Origin: Lingula anatina
Taxonomy: Eukaryota; Animalia; Brachiopoda
DNA length: 64,000 nucleotides
Assembly (NCBI GenBank): GCA_051362555.1
Contig: CM120640.1
Coordinates: forward strand, 22,283,351 to 22,347,350
Direction: 5' to 3'
Shown: positions 38,161 through 53,679 of the stretch, piece after piece
Layout: each line of letters opens with the position of its first letter
Position numbering within the stretch: position 1 is the first letter of the stretch
Notes under the pieces: model-generated
What the model saw: only the letters and a program-made list of their open reading frames with translations
What the model was told of the DNA's origin: nothing
Databases searched by the model: none
Made by a program: the position numbers and the translations under genes

Positions 38161-41100
38161 ACACTTATTAAAAAAGTTCTATTTTGAAATGTTCATGTTG
38201 ATATAGTCTTAAGACATTTGTCTAAAGCAGTACAATAATTTAACAGACAAGAAAGATCACGCCGCTTTAACGGAAAGCTTAAAAAAAAAAAGAAAAAAAA
38301 AAAAAAAAAAAACTGCACCCATTTCTTAATTTTCATGTAACAAACCTAGATATTACACGGCTGTCCAATTTTAGATGCTATAAGCTTATGAAACACAACT
38401 GGTTTCTTTATTCCATCGGTCGAAAACTGAAAAAAGACTGAATAACTGTGTGTGTTACGTGACTTTGCGTATGCCGCGTGGATTTGCGTTATCAGATATT
38501 ACATACAGACATGATGGTGCAGTCGGTTCGAACATTTTCCAAAATATCAATTTTCAGCATCGCTTTTGTCCAATGTTTGTGCAAAAAGTAAAACCAAAGA
38601 AATACATCAATAAATCCATCCAAAATCACCCCAATTAAATTTTATGTTGGCTTAAAGACTTGGCGCGCATCCCTATCGCAATCTATCAATCGAACAGGAA
38701 TTTTTTGTTAAACCAAAAACATTAAAATCGACTCTCAGATTAAGCAATTAGTTTTTTAGATTTGGACAGTAGCAATGATATTTTACTTCTATTGTATCAA
38801 TAACTGTCTACAAAAAGCAATCATAAAAATATGAAAAAAAAATGAAACTACAGCTATAGATTTATTATTATATTACACATTTAACATTTCAATAAACTAT
38901 GAAAACATCACAGGCCGCTCTTACAAAAGATTTTACCATATGATTAACTATTGCACATAAGTCGTGAAATTAAATGAATTACAGAATGATACAATTATGA
39001 ACTTACATCTTTCCTTACCGCGTTTTATCTTCTGATGGCTTTAACTGCGTCTGGAAAACAGTCTTGCTCGGCAAAGATCGCGCCAAAAAGCCACGTGTCC
39101 GCCGTTGTTCCACCGAGTTATCCTTTTATACTATTTGTCATGAACACTTGACGTTTGAAAGGTTGGGAAATCACACAGGTGGGAAAACAAATAGATTCTT
39201 GCTTTTAACGCTTTGCTTGTAATCCCATTGATTAGAAAGAAGAATCAATATGAGGGCAGCGAGGAAGCTACTTAGGAACCGTTCTTGAAGAGACGTTCTC
39301 TTAATGACTTCAAAATATTAATCCAAAAGTACTTAAATCTGTCGTTTTCCCACAATTCGCGGAAACCAGTGGACTTACTTAGCCTATACTCAATTACGTA
39401 GGATTTTTGCATTTTCTCCTGCCCAAATGCTAATATGCCGATTTTTTCCTCTGTCAGCAATTTACTGTTGCTAAGAAACATTTAAACAACGGACAAACTG
39501 TTGAAAAATGTCCCTAGACTAAATTAAAGCCTAATCATTTGTTTCAATAATAACTTTTGACTTGTGAAAAATGAATAAGCCTATTTACAATTATGTGGAC
39601 ATGTTGCCATCCATCCATCTGGCAGTTACATATATGAAATTCTTATTTTCTGCTAAAAGGATTTAAAATAACGCTAGACATTTGTGTAAATAGCAACTAG
39701 CAACGGTAAATATTAGAATGCGATAATATTCTCTAGATGTAACACACTATCAAAACTGTACATATTGTAATATATAATGATATCGCACAGTGATAAATCA
39801 TGCCAATGCGTGTCAGATTTACGTAAGGTCGCGCAAAGAAAACCCAAGTCCACATAATGACCAGTTAAACGATTAATTCGTCGACGCTCGGTATCTACAC
39901 ATTCTAAGTGAAGTCTCCAACTCCTAGCTCTACGAAGCTACGTCCGTCTTCGTGCTCCCTTCATTTCTCCCCGTTCTCCTCGTCTCCGTCTCTCCCAATC
40001 CCCTCTCCTTCTTGTCTCCTCGGATATCTATTCCTATCTGTAATTGGTTGCAAAAAGGGAAATCGAGCCCTCTTTCACAAAACATTTCACTTGAGAAAGC
40101 GTCCCCATCCATCAGTACACAGGAAGCATGTGCTCCTCCCGGTTGCTTTTATGGCTTTTTTCTTTTCTTTTTGTCTTATTTTTTGTTTAATTGTTTTTTT
40201 TTTTCTTCTGAAAGAATCAGAGATGAGAGATCATTCTGATGGAATTAATTTATAACTGCTTTGAAATGACCAATTCGTCCCCATAATGCCAAATTAAAAC
40301 AAATAAAATAACAAAAACAATAAAATAATTTATTACCGAGTTCAAACTCACACACACATAAAAATAGTTCCTAGCATTATTATTTAAGAGATGTGATTAA
40401 AATATTTTAAGGAAAGCATTATCTGACTAGCCAATTTCTACATGCTTCATTTTGTTCTTTTTCATTCCTTAATACAGGTATTTTCACAATGAATTTAGAC
40501 TAAGTTTTAAAAAAATAATATGTCCCTTAAGGTCAAATCACATTTCATAATCTTTGTTACCAGTTCATTTACCATTAACTTCAAACATCAGTAAGTCCAC
40601 TGTAAAATATATGGGCTAAAGAATGTATTTTAACAAGCATTTCTTAGTACTGAAATAAACTTCGTGATTGAATATCACTACATAATCTAAAGGGGGAGGG
40701 ATGTCACTTTCTGAGGCCAAAAAAATAACTAAAATGTTAATTTGCAGGAGTTATCAAACATATTTCATCACTCTAGGGGTTTGGTATAAATTTTGGTAAT
40801 TTTCTTTTCTTTTCAAGTCTACATTATGGCCTATTATAAAGTCCATTACAGCAGTGTGTTAAATACCAGTAATATCAATACCTGATTGATATCCCTGATT
40901 AATCTCTAGAATGGTCAAAATGCACAGAAAATTATGTCATCCCTTTCACTTATCCACATCTGTGCCTTCAATTATTTTTGCCACTTGTTATTGGTCAAGT
41001 TATTTACTTGCTTAAAATTTTCTCTGAATATAAACATTAAAAAATGACTTAATGTCTCCATAACTTTCTTCAATCCACACATTTTAACCATAAACATTTT

Positions 41101-41445
41101 GGTCACTTGCACTGCTATTACCTTTAAGTCATAACTGATATCACAGAAAAGTTTCACTGAAATACATCCAAAGTCTACCCAAAGCAGTCCCTTATTGTAA
41201 GATGCTGCCAGTCAAGCATGTCTAGGATCTTAACTAGTTAAAGACCAAGCTCTGGAGTTGTGATGGGCGTTTTTCCTCCCACATCCATTTAGTAGCCTTA
41301 ACCTATTGGATGTGACCTGTACACAACTGCTTTGCACTAAGCACCGATGCCATGTCTTCCTCAGCTACATGTACATCCATCTGGAGCAGCAGCAGTGTTT
41401 TGTTTCCAAGGACCAGACTTTTCAGAGAATATACTGGGTACACTT

Positions 41446-44400
41446 TCACCTCCACATAAGACCTCTAATTTTAAGTGGTGGAGGATACTTTGATCTGTAA
41501 AAATGTAATTATCTGCAATATTTGTGTATTATCTTTTGCTATAAAAAGAGAGAATTTTTATATTAAATTTATTTACAGACATGAATATATATATACAATT
41601 CCAATGCTGATTTTTAAAATTTTACTCAATTTTTAAACTTATAGCTTGTCTTTGTAAAGCAACGAGAAGCCTTATTTATCAGTGACAAACCTGTCTTCCA
41701 CAGTAGGTAAGCTGTCTAGGCAGAGGTAATCTAGCACTAGTTGTACTAAGATCTGTATCTGGTCTGGTGTAATGATTTCATGCCATTGCTTCAGAAAGAA
41801 ATGGTGCAGCACTTCAGGGAGCCGAGCTAAGATGCGAGGGAATGAGGCATGATTGCGGTTCTGTTCTATGATGTTCAGGAACCAGTAGGAAAAAGCTGGC
41901 CACTGGGAGGAAGACTGTAATAATGAAGATTCAATATACAACCCAACAATGAATTGAATAGTTTTTTTCTATTTCTATCCTTGCATGCACACACAAGCAC
42001 ACACGCAGATATTGTTACATATATATATATATATATAAGCCCTTCAGAAATATGCACATGGTTTTCAATAAAAAAGATACTTGGTGTACTTACCAATATT
42101 TTAGAAAAGTACTTGTTGTCTCCAGCATCTCCAAAGAAAATGTTGACTGAGATTGATGTGTCCAAAGATGTCACCTGGTGCCACCAAAAGGCTGGTATGA
42201 ACAACCTGTAAAAATGACGACAAGCAAATGAAATCTTTTCAACTTTTGTTCTGTTTAAACTCTATCAACTACTGAGAAAAATCTTCAGAATGAAAAACAT
42301 TGCCAGACATATTAAGGGAGTGTTAAACAATTTCTTTTAAATTATTCTTAAATCACAGTTTTCCTTCAAAAAAAAAAAAGAAAAAGAAAGAAAAAAGAAA
42401 AAAATTCTATTGCAACTGCTTTATTGTTAAATGAGAAATCAAATGTAATTAAGCTACTCATAAAACCCCAGATCCACTTACATATCCCCAGGGTCAAGGA
42501 CACAATGATAACATGTGGCATTCCTGAACTCTGGGAACCTTTCTAAAGCAGGGTTATCACAGTTGACTTGTGCCTGTATGGTTTTCCCCTTGGATCCCTT
42601 AGGGTTGGGGTACATTGGTCTAAGATCACAGCCAAATAAACGCACTTGTTTTCTCCCTTGTATCATAACCAGGAAATTGTCATCAGGATCTATATGGCAG
42701 AACTCTGAAATGTGAAGGTTCACTTCATCTAAATCTAATCTAACAACCTTTTGAAATGATATTTTGTTGATAAGTTTCAGGTTAAACATAGTCATAATTG
42801 CATGACTTCTTTTTATCCACCTACCGGTAAGATCATACACAACTTACAGCAAATTTGATTTTTATTTAACTTATATTTGTTACTTTTTTCCCAAAATGTC
42901 CTTTAAATGAGAAAGAGGGAGAGAGAGAGAGAGATGTTAATCTAAGACCTTCACAAAAATACATGTACCCATGCATCTCATACAATAAATACCTACGTAC
43001 CATAGTGTCCTTTCAGTGCTACCCACATATAGGGGCCAAGGTGAAGTTTTCCCACATAATCTGGCAATGGAACATCAGCCTTAAAGAATGGATGTGCATA
43101 TTAACTCCAATTGCTATATAATATAACATGACATGATATGACATGACATATAAAGCGATAACACTGATAGGCAATTTCAAAAAATACAGAAATAAATTGA
43201 TTGAACATGTCAAAAAGGATGGGCGATGGGTTATACATAAAATTATATTACGTACATAAAGAATGTGTAATGGATATTAATGTTTTTATTTTGTATATAT
43301 GTCAAAGGCCCGGACCAAATCTAGTCCTATGTATAAAAAGCCCAGACCCCATGTTAATTACGCCCTGGCTGGGCCCAATCTTTATGGTGTCTTTGCATTG
43401 TTAACAGCATAATGGGCAAGTTTTGGTCCGGGCCTTTAACATATACACGTACCAGTACCTCAATCTGTGGAAAAGTCTGCTTGAGATTCTGCACTGCCAT
43501 ATAGGAGCTTCGTGCTCTTGCATTTTCTGCTTTTAGATCACTGACATAATCATTAAAGGTTGTTTTCCTGATAACATAATTCTTCCCAGTCTGTAAAAAA
43601 TTTAAGATGCTGTCATAAACTATTCCAACACTTTGAGTGTTAAACAACCATAGATAATGTAGATGCAATCTTCAGATGCAATCTATTTTTAAAATTCTTA
43701 CATGAATAATCTTGATAATTTAATTGTAACTTGTCAAACCCAACAGCTGTGTCCACACACGCAAGCACACACACACACATACCCTATAAGCATCCTCATT
43801 AGTTTGTCCTCTGACAATTATTTCATTATCACCAACTTTCTCACAAAGTGAGTCTAATGTCCACTTTCTAGCTAGCCAGTGATCAGTGGCGTCCTCAATT
43901 ATCACAGGAACACCTTGAAAATAAAACCATAAGCTTTAAATACGTTATGATGCGTCGAGCTTTGCTGTGGTAGCATATGGCAATTTCAATCAAAGTGTAA
44001 GCTCCAGACTTGACTCTTCAGCTACCAGTTTTCATGCAGCAATTTGAGCCGAGATCTGTGTTTCAAATGAAGAACAGGGCAATGTAGCCTAGAATGTATA
44101 GATGGACTTAGTTTAATCCTGATTTAATTGCTGTTTTTACTTTATTATGAATTTCTAATGAGAGTAATCCAAGTTTTTGTTGCAGAGCTTACATTAAGTT
44201 TACAATAAAAAAATTTAGGAAACTATATTAAATTTGTAAATTTGCAAAGAATACTAAACCAAGTTTCAAGTTTATTTTATATGTAACAGTAGACAAGAAT
44301 AGTATTATTACATCATTTTACGTGGCTTTCATGTTTTCAGGGATAAGAATGTCATTTCGTGAAAAAGTTAAAAAAATATGGCATGGGATCTGCCTAGGCC

Positions 44401-46315
44401 AATGATATCTGTCGGAAAAATCTCATCCCTGTGTTTTGGATTTATTTGTCATGCCAAAATAGGCATATGTGCCTAAATAGGCACTAGTAATGTCTGGGCA
44501 TTTACAAGAATGAAAAAACAGAACATTTTTAATTTGTTCAACACAATTGCATTTCAAAACATATTCAAATACTGTAAATGAATTTAGAAATAACCATGAA
44601 TGAGTTGTTGAAAAATGATGCATTCGCATTTGTAAATATTACCACTGCCTAATACAATGTACATGTAATGCAAATAACTGGTTTTCACACTGAAATAAAT
44701 TTTTAACAAAACTACACCTTCTTTGTCATCATACCTGGCACATCTCAAATTTACTTGTATAGTTCGTTTTAACTTCAAACAATTAATTTTGATGTTTCTC
44801 TTGAAAATATTTGTTATGAAGTTTAATTCTATTTGGCAGTTATCAGCCAAGTTATCAGTAGTACAGAGATCCTATACCTTTTAGACATACATATTTTAGC
44901 AAAGTATTTATATATTTGGAAGGGACAAATTACCCTGTAAAAGGTTAAGCCAAGGGGTTGCATTCCAGTACGTCCCCACACCGATACTCCTACGCACCAT
45001 TATGTCCCTGTACCGATTCTCCTCAACATAGATACTACCCTATATTGATACTCCCCACATCTTCATGTCCCCACTCTAATACTCCCCCACACTGTTACTC
45101 TACTACAGCATCGATTCCCTTAGAAATGTGATACCAAAAACACAATTTTAGATTTACAGCTTTTCTGTAATACAATTATTTTCAAAACTGCCCCACACTC
45201 TTAAGACCCAAAAGTATTGTAGAAAAATAAGGAAAGAAATACTTAAATTAATCTGTTTTGAATCTTAGAACATGGTCAATCTTTCACATCAGACATTGTG
45301 CAACTCAGCTTAGTGATTTTTGAAAAGTGTCTGTATACTGCACTTAGTTCTTCAACAGTGGTTACTATATACAGATTACACAGTGACACCCTTTTTATCT
45401 ATCTATTTATCTATTTATTCAATGTTCAATTGTTTTTCCAAAGATAAATAATGCATAGTCTTTTCTTCAAGCGTTGCTCAATTTGTTGAATTATTGAGAA
45501 ATAAAAAAAAGCAGTGTTTAATTAAGCTTTAAATTATCGCCTTTGTCTTCATGGAAATGTGAGATTTAACAATTAACGCCGTCCCTTGGGCGATTCTAGG
45601 AACCACTAAAGAAGTTAATTGCACTGCAATAACTGTTTTTTTTTTCTTTTAGATTTTATTTGTAATAAAAATCCAGGAACACATATGCATGATTAACCCA
45701 TGTATCTGGATCAGTATAAAGAACAAATTAGTGGAGAATTCCAATTAATGGGGAATTCCAATGTTAGCAAACATTTTCAACTCTTACTAACATTTGATGC
45801 CCATTTAAAAACAAAAACCCTGCCTTTTTTAAGGTATGCCACCTTCACCTGCCCAAAACGTCTACTAGTATATGCAGTAAAGACGAAGTATGGAGTACGT
45901 GACGGACTGCATGATGATACTCTTATTGCATGTATCAATTATACCATTACCAGTAATTTATGAACGGTAGTACTAGTAGCGGTTGCGAAATACTTATTAA
46001 AAAAAATGTGAATGAATGTGTCAATATTTGCTAAGTTTTGCTTAAATAAATAATTGAAGTGAATCGCAGTAGACACTACTTGGCAAGTCAGGTGAAATGC
46101 ATTCTAAAGCAGACGACGGGGAAATATTTCGTAGCAGTTTGGGTTTCAGGGGCTCTCTAACGATCATGCCTCGTACAGAATAAGCAAGACACTGCTTCGT
46201 CATGGAATATACGACAAAACAAACCTTTACTGAGATATTTGTCTTCAAATTCTGATTTTGACACATTTTTTGTTCTCTCGATGTGCACGTTGTTACTGCA
46301 ACAAGGCAGCGCCAT
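41446..46315 (-). CDS. JmjC (cupin-fold) Fe(II)/2OG oxygenase, JMJD5/TYW5/HSPBAP1-like small JmjC group (8 exons, ~346 aa)
   Basis: Exons 46315-46225, 43913-43783, 43590-43459, 43079-43001, 42704-42482, 42205-42094, 41914-41691 and 41494-41446 join in frame. Motifs: EFEDKYLSKGVPVII, H-I-D...NFLVMIQGRKQVRLF, and LDPGDMLFIPAFWWHQV (HxD...H triad). Confidence 0.9.
43306..43435. mobile_element. MITE with TCAA/TTAA flanks (Kolobok-type ends) in JmjC intron 3
   Basis: TIR AGGCCCGGACCAAA / TTTGGTCCGGGCCT, flanked by TCAA (43302-43305) and TTAA (43436-43439). Confidence 0.75.
44970..45120. repeat. Degenerate C-rich minisatellite in JmjC intron 1
   Basis: Recurrent GATACTCCCC(AC)A-like motifs. Confidence 0.5.
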
Positions 46316-46536
46316 TTCTGCAAAAATTGCTACGTCATCAAAACTGGTTAAATACATTTTAAGTATGAAAGTTGCCTTTTTTTACACATATATTAAATAT
46401 ATGTTAGGTGCAAATACACATGCTTTATCTATATATATATATTGGTGAATATTCAGAATATTCAGAAAATGAAACAGAACTAGCTTTTAACTTGTGTCCA
46501 CAAATATGATGACGAAGGGCACAACCGGCTATCAAC
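46316..46536. promoter_or_regulatory. Bidirectional promoter JmjC / POLR2F
   Basis: Only 221 bp separate the divergent start codons. It has CRE-like TACGTCA near 46331 and YY1-like ATGGCG at both starts. Confidence 0.75.
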
Positions 46537-48523
<1,987 letters not shown>

Positions 48524-48601
48524 CACAAGTCAATCAGTTGGTGGAGAATGTATATACTGATCATTGGAGTACAAACCTCTCACAGTTGAAAGGCCATAGG
48601 T

Positions 48602-48659
<58 letters not shown>

Positions 48660-49087
48660 CCAAGTGGTCATCTTGGGATGGTTGAGTTATCCCTGAACTG
48701 CTTAGTGGCCAATTGGGGAGTTAGGGCTATTGGACATATTACCACTTTGATCCTTGGTAGAGTGGTAACCTATATAGAAACAAATTGTACATTTTTGTGT
48801 CATTGCAATAAGCCCTTTATTTACAATGAAAGTTGGATACATGTTTGTAATGTGAAAGAAAGACCTATTGTATTTTAACAGAAACTCTCCTTTTGTAATT
48901 TCATTTTTCCTTGGTTTTGAGAAAACATTTTTGTAGGATTGTGCAAACTTTGGATTGTGGAAACTTTGAGGACTGGAGCATCGATGAACTTATTATTAAT
49001 GATGTATGACACAAGTCAATCAGTTGGTGGAGAATGTATATACTGATCATTGGAGTACAAACCTCTCACAGTTGAAAGGCCATAGGT

Positions 49088-49118
<31 letters not shown>

Positions 49119-49864
49119 ACCAAGTGGTCATCTTGGGATGGTTGAGTTATCCCTGAACTGCTTAGTGGCCAATTGGGGAGTTAGGGCTATTGGACATATT
49201 ACCACTTTGATCCTTGGTAGAGTGGTAACCTATATAGAAACAAATTGTACATTTTTGTGTCATTGCAATAAGCCCTTTATTTACAATGAAAGTTGGATAC
49301 ATGTTTGTAATGTGAAAGAAAGACCTATTGTATTTTAACAGAAACTCTCCTTTTGTAATTTCATTTTTCCTTGGTTTTGAGAAAACATTTTTGTAGGATT
49401 GTGCAAACTGAGGAATGTCAGTTGACAATGTTATATGTTTTTAATAAAGGATTTTATACTTTGTACCTGAGCTGTTTTGATTACATGAAAATTTCTGATT
49501 TTCATTTTTAAATTTAATTTAATTTAAAAATAAAAAGCAATTCGTGCTATGGTGATGTTACATATTTATTTACTTCTTCCTACAGAATGTCAGCACCAAG
49601 AACGGCATTATGAAAGGTGTTGTTATTTTAAAGGCGAAAAATTGGAGAAAACCATTTAGTGAGATTTTATATGGTGAGCAATGTGAGAATAACAAACTAA
49701 CCCTTATTACCACCACCATACATGGACATAACTAGACAGCAAAGCTGACAAATATACAGACACAATAAAGGAGACAAGGCAGCAAAGCTGACAAATATTC
49801 AGACATTCAGATGCAGAAAAGAGTGCACCAAATAATGTTTTGGCCAATTTTGATGCACTAATAG

Positions 49865-51922
49865 CAGTGTTCATTCTAGGACGCGCCCTTGCGTCATTGA
49901 CGCAGAAAAAATGTGGTTGACGCAATTCGTAGAGCGAGCTGCGCCAACAAAATTCAAGAGAATTAACAGCGGCGCATTTTTGTGTTCTAAACGCGCCCTC
50001 CAATTCAGCAAATTCACGGCCGAAGTTTGATTGTTTACTCGACTTCTCTTGACATCAAGATCTAATGTTAAACGTAACGAAGATATTCTTTACTCGTCGC
50101 AGTTTTAACAAAGATCTTAATTTATGTTGACGTCATGCGCTTTATGCAAATCAGTGGCGATCGCCCCTCCTTTTTTGAATCCCTGATAGGCTGAGATTAA
50201 TTGTCCATGTAGGTCAATTTGATCAACCCGTACATTGTGCATGGTGGCGGAGAAGAAGTGAAATGGTATTTTAGTTTTTAAAAGAAAATCGATCCCGAAG
50301 ATCACTCTAAAACGGCTCAGAACAGTAGCGACGGAGATGATCATGCACAGCAGACATTCCCACCAGAAAAGAGAACAAAAGTTTGTGCAGCCGTCACGAC
50401 CGCTGATACCGCGTCGAATAGCAAGGTCGTTTCAAAAATGGTGGAGAAATACAAGTGGCTTGTACACGACGATAACGCAAACTTGGTGTATTGCAGCTTA
50501 TGCATTGAAAAAAAGGACAATATCTTCTTTCAAGGGACTAATAAATTTCGAACGAATACCCTTATGCGACATGAGACGTGCGCTGCCATGCAAGAAACGT
50601 CGGAAGCAGCTCAAGCTAAACAGGCTTTTTGCAGAGCTTTAGAAGGTAAGATATTATTTTTTGTCAATATTTTTTATAACACAGAGCAATAAACATCAAA
50701 GTGATTATCGTGACGGTCCCGGACCCACGTGTTGTAATTATATTTGTGCAGTTTGAGGAACTCTTGACAGTGCATTCTGGGATATCGCAATGTTAAACAA
50801 CTATGTAAACAATGTGTTTGCTGCGTCGCATTGACATAGGGCGTCAAGCTCATGCTATTTCCCAGAACCTTATTTTTTGTATATATAGGTAAAATTTTTC
50901 ACATTCATTTTTCATAATTTTATTGTGTTGAGAGATTTGGTCTCAGTTCATGGTGATTAAGGGAAAAATAAAGTAAGGGATAGTGTGCTGGAGTATTCTT
51001 TGTGGATACCTTCAACACTACTAAACATTTTATGCAGATTTTTATGCCAAAATTCAAATTTAATTGTAACTTTTATAACAATTCTAGGTAAAGATGGAGC
51101 AATCATGGCAGTGGTGAAATCGGTTTACTGGATTGTTTAAGAGGGCATTGCAATTCACAAGTTCGGAAGGACTTAAATGTTGTCTGGTAAACCTGGCAGC
51201 TAAATTGAAGAATTTCTCCTGAAAGTGGGGAAAAGGTCATTGTCAATTCTCCAGGGACCACCTTGTGACTTGTGCTAATTATGAGAAACAGTGCAAGGCA
51301 ATACAGTGTCAATTCATTGACAATCTCATTAACAACATCAAAAAAGGAACAATTCTTAAAGTGATTTTTAGTAAGACCTATGTCTCTGCTGTCGAAATAT
51401 GTGTGATATCATTCTCAATCTGGTAGCTTTTTATCAACGAATTATATATCATTATCAGGGATGAGACAATTAATTTCATAAGTCATGAATGCATGCCAGT
51501 TAGTCAAGGATCATTGATAATGGGACAGGACAGAAGAGGTATAATTAAATGGATTTTTCATAAATTGAAGCCAAAAATGGGTTTAAAATGTCGTTATAGA
51601 AAGAACTTGGTTATTGGTGAATAAATCGTGAACATATTTTAGTGTTATCTTATACTTGTTAACAAAAATTGGAGCGTCAACTCAAGGGTTTTGTTTTAGA
51701 AAATTGGGATTACTTATTGAATGTGATCACCTATTAGTCAAAATATTTTTATAATAATTTTTTTTCATCTCTGAACATAAATACCACAGCAGTAAAACAA
51801 CATGCGTTACATATTATAATTTCAAGATTTGAACAAGGGCCCACTTTAAAATGTAATGGCCCACTTTTTTAAATGTTGGGGGCCCTTTGTCCCACATTGA
51901 AACATTCCTAGAATGAACACTG
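49865..51922 (+). mobile_element. Internally deleted hAT transposon with decayed ZnF-TTF transposase N-terminus
   Basis: Perfect 17-bp TIRs CAGTGTTCATTCTAGGA / TCCTAGAATGAACACTG. Frameshifted RSFQKW/EKYKWL...VYCSLC...F..GTNKFRTNTLMRHE, then AVVKSVYWIV*EGIAIHKF with an in-frame stop. No matching TSD directly at the ends. Confidence 0.85.
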
Positions 51923-52138
51923 AATTACATAATAGTTAATAATTAAAATAGCATATCACTCTTACCCTCTTACATTACGTACTACAGGTAACATGGATAT
52001 TACAAAACTAGCAAGTAATTCAGTTTCATGGGCTATAAAAGCCACTGAAAATGCTAATGTGTGGAAAATAAAATATATAAAAAAAAATTCTTACTGTAAA
52101 TGTAAACCAATCATGCCGATTTTCAAAAACAACCTGCT

Positions 52139-52477
52139 TCTTTACCACAAAACCACTCAGTAAATTTAATGTAAAAGGAAAATACAGTTTGGCAGTTGTA
52201 GGGTGAACATCACCAAAATTGTGGAAAAAAAAAAAAAACAGAATAAATAGTGTAAAAGTATACCGATCATACAGATGAATGGCAACCTACCTCTTTACCA
52301 AACAAGGCCAATCCTTAAATTTAAAGTAAAACAAAAATATGATTTGGAGGTTATGGGGCGAATGTCACCAAAATTGTGAAAAAAAAAAATGAATAATTCT
52401 TTACCAAACAAAGCAACTCGGTAAATTTAGTAAAAGTAAAACAAAAATACAGTTTGGCAGTTATGGGGCGAATGTCA
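52139..52477. repeat. Three degenerate ~100-bp direct repeats
   Basis: TCTTTACCA...AAATTTA...AAAATACAGTTTGGCAGTT...GGG.GAA..TCA recurs at ~52139, ~52292 and ~52398. Confidence 0.75.
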
Positions 52478-53679
52478 TGATGGACAGCAACAGACAAACA
52501 GAGCGAGCAGAATGTGTACAGACACTTAGTGTCTGTAAATGAAAATGGTCAAAACATATGTATCATGTTTTTCATATTGCTCTCAATAGTTATTTTAAAT
52601 TTGAAATAAATAATTTTGTATAAAAATTGCGTAAGCAAAAATGCATCGAGTTTTGCAACAAATTTATACAATGAAAAAAAAATTGTCGAAGGCATGGTGT
52701 CTCTGTAAAAGTAAAAATATTTAAATTCTGCTGCTTCTTTTGATATTAGAATCTTAATTTTCAAACATAAAAACTTGTAAAATACTTGGTTTGACTGCCA
52801 CAAAAGTATCTTTTCTTTGAAAGAAGCTGAGCCACAAGTAACATTTCAAAAATCTGCTCATCTGGAATCAAATGCTAAATCAAAACAAATAATGTCAGTT
52901 TTCACAATTTAATCAGTTTGTCTTCATACTGTGTGAAATTAAAAAGAAAGTTTAAATAAATAGGCTGACATACTTTCCATCTTTACATGAAAGGGTATTT
53001 GTGAAACTTAAATACCAACCAAGTCATCTTACTGTTAAACAGTTTGATATGTCCCTGAATAGATAAACAATGTGGCTTGCAGTTATTTCTGAATAGATAA
53101 GTTAGGCATGAAACAATAACATACCACAATTCAACAAACAGATGAAACACCTGAGTGTCTTGATTTAGCATAGCTTATTAGGTCCATTTAGTGTCATATT
53201 CAAGCAAAGACATTTTAATACAATGAAAAAAATACATGCTCTGGAATATAAAAGATCTTACAGCTGATGGTTAAAATGCTGGTATGAAAAGAATGACAGT
53301 AGCTGCCAGAGTAGGGAGCAATCCCTGACTCACAACCATACATTATGAGAATTATAAAAAGGATTCCATGCCTATCCATGGTTTTGTAACAACATGGTAT
53401 TAATATAATATTAAAACCTCAAAATAGATAAAAAATTAAGTAAGGCATGGAAAATTCAACATCCACATCTTTGTTGTCTTCAAAATATTTTGGTAAATGA
53501 ATAAATATCCTGTGGTCATTGTTGAGGCAATTTGTCACAATATGGCAGCCCTGCGTCATTGATGGATATGGGAAGAAAATAGTATAATAAGTAAAACATT
53601 GAGTGCAGAAGTTAACTCTTAGCCAGTCATGGTTATAAATGAAAGAAAAAGTCTATGAAGTGGTATGTTGAAGCAGTTA

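Noticed and set aside
38107-38312. Poly-T and poly-A tracts as retroposon tails
   Set aside because: I found no TSD or recognisable retroposed body.
41420-41448. TGA readthrough or selenocysteine at the JmjC C-terminus
   Set aside because: A second in-frame TGA follows 7 codons later and I see no SECIS-like structure.
48678-49338. Two identical 66-aa ORFs as duplicated small genes
   Set aside because: They lie in the duplicated POLR2F 3'UTR and have no coding hallmarks.
50337-50692. Functional zinc-finger gene
   Set aside because: It is a frameshifted transposase N-terminus inside hAT TIRs, with a downstream in-frame stop and no catalytic domain.
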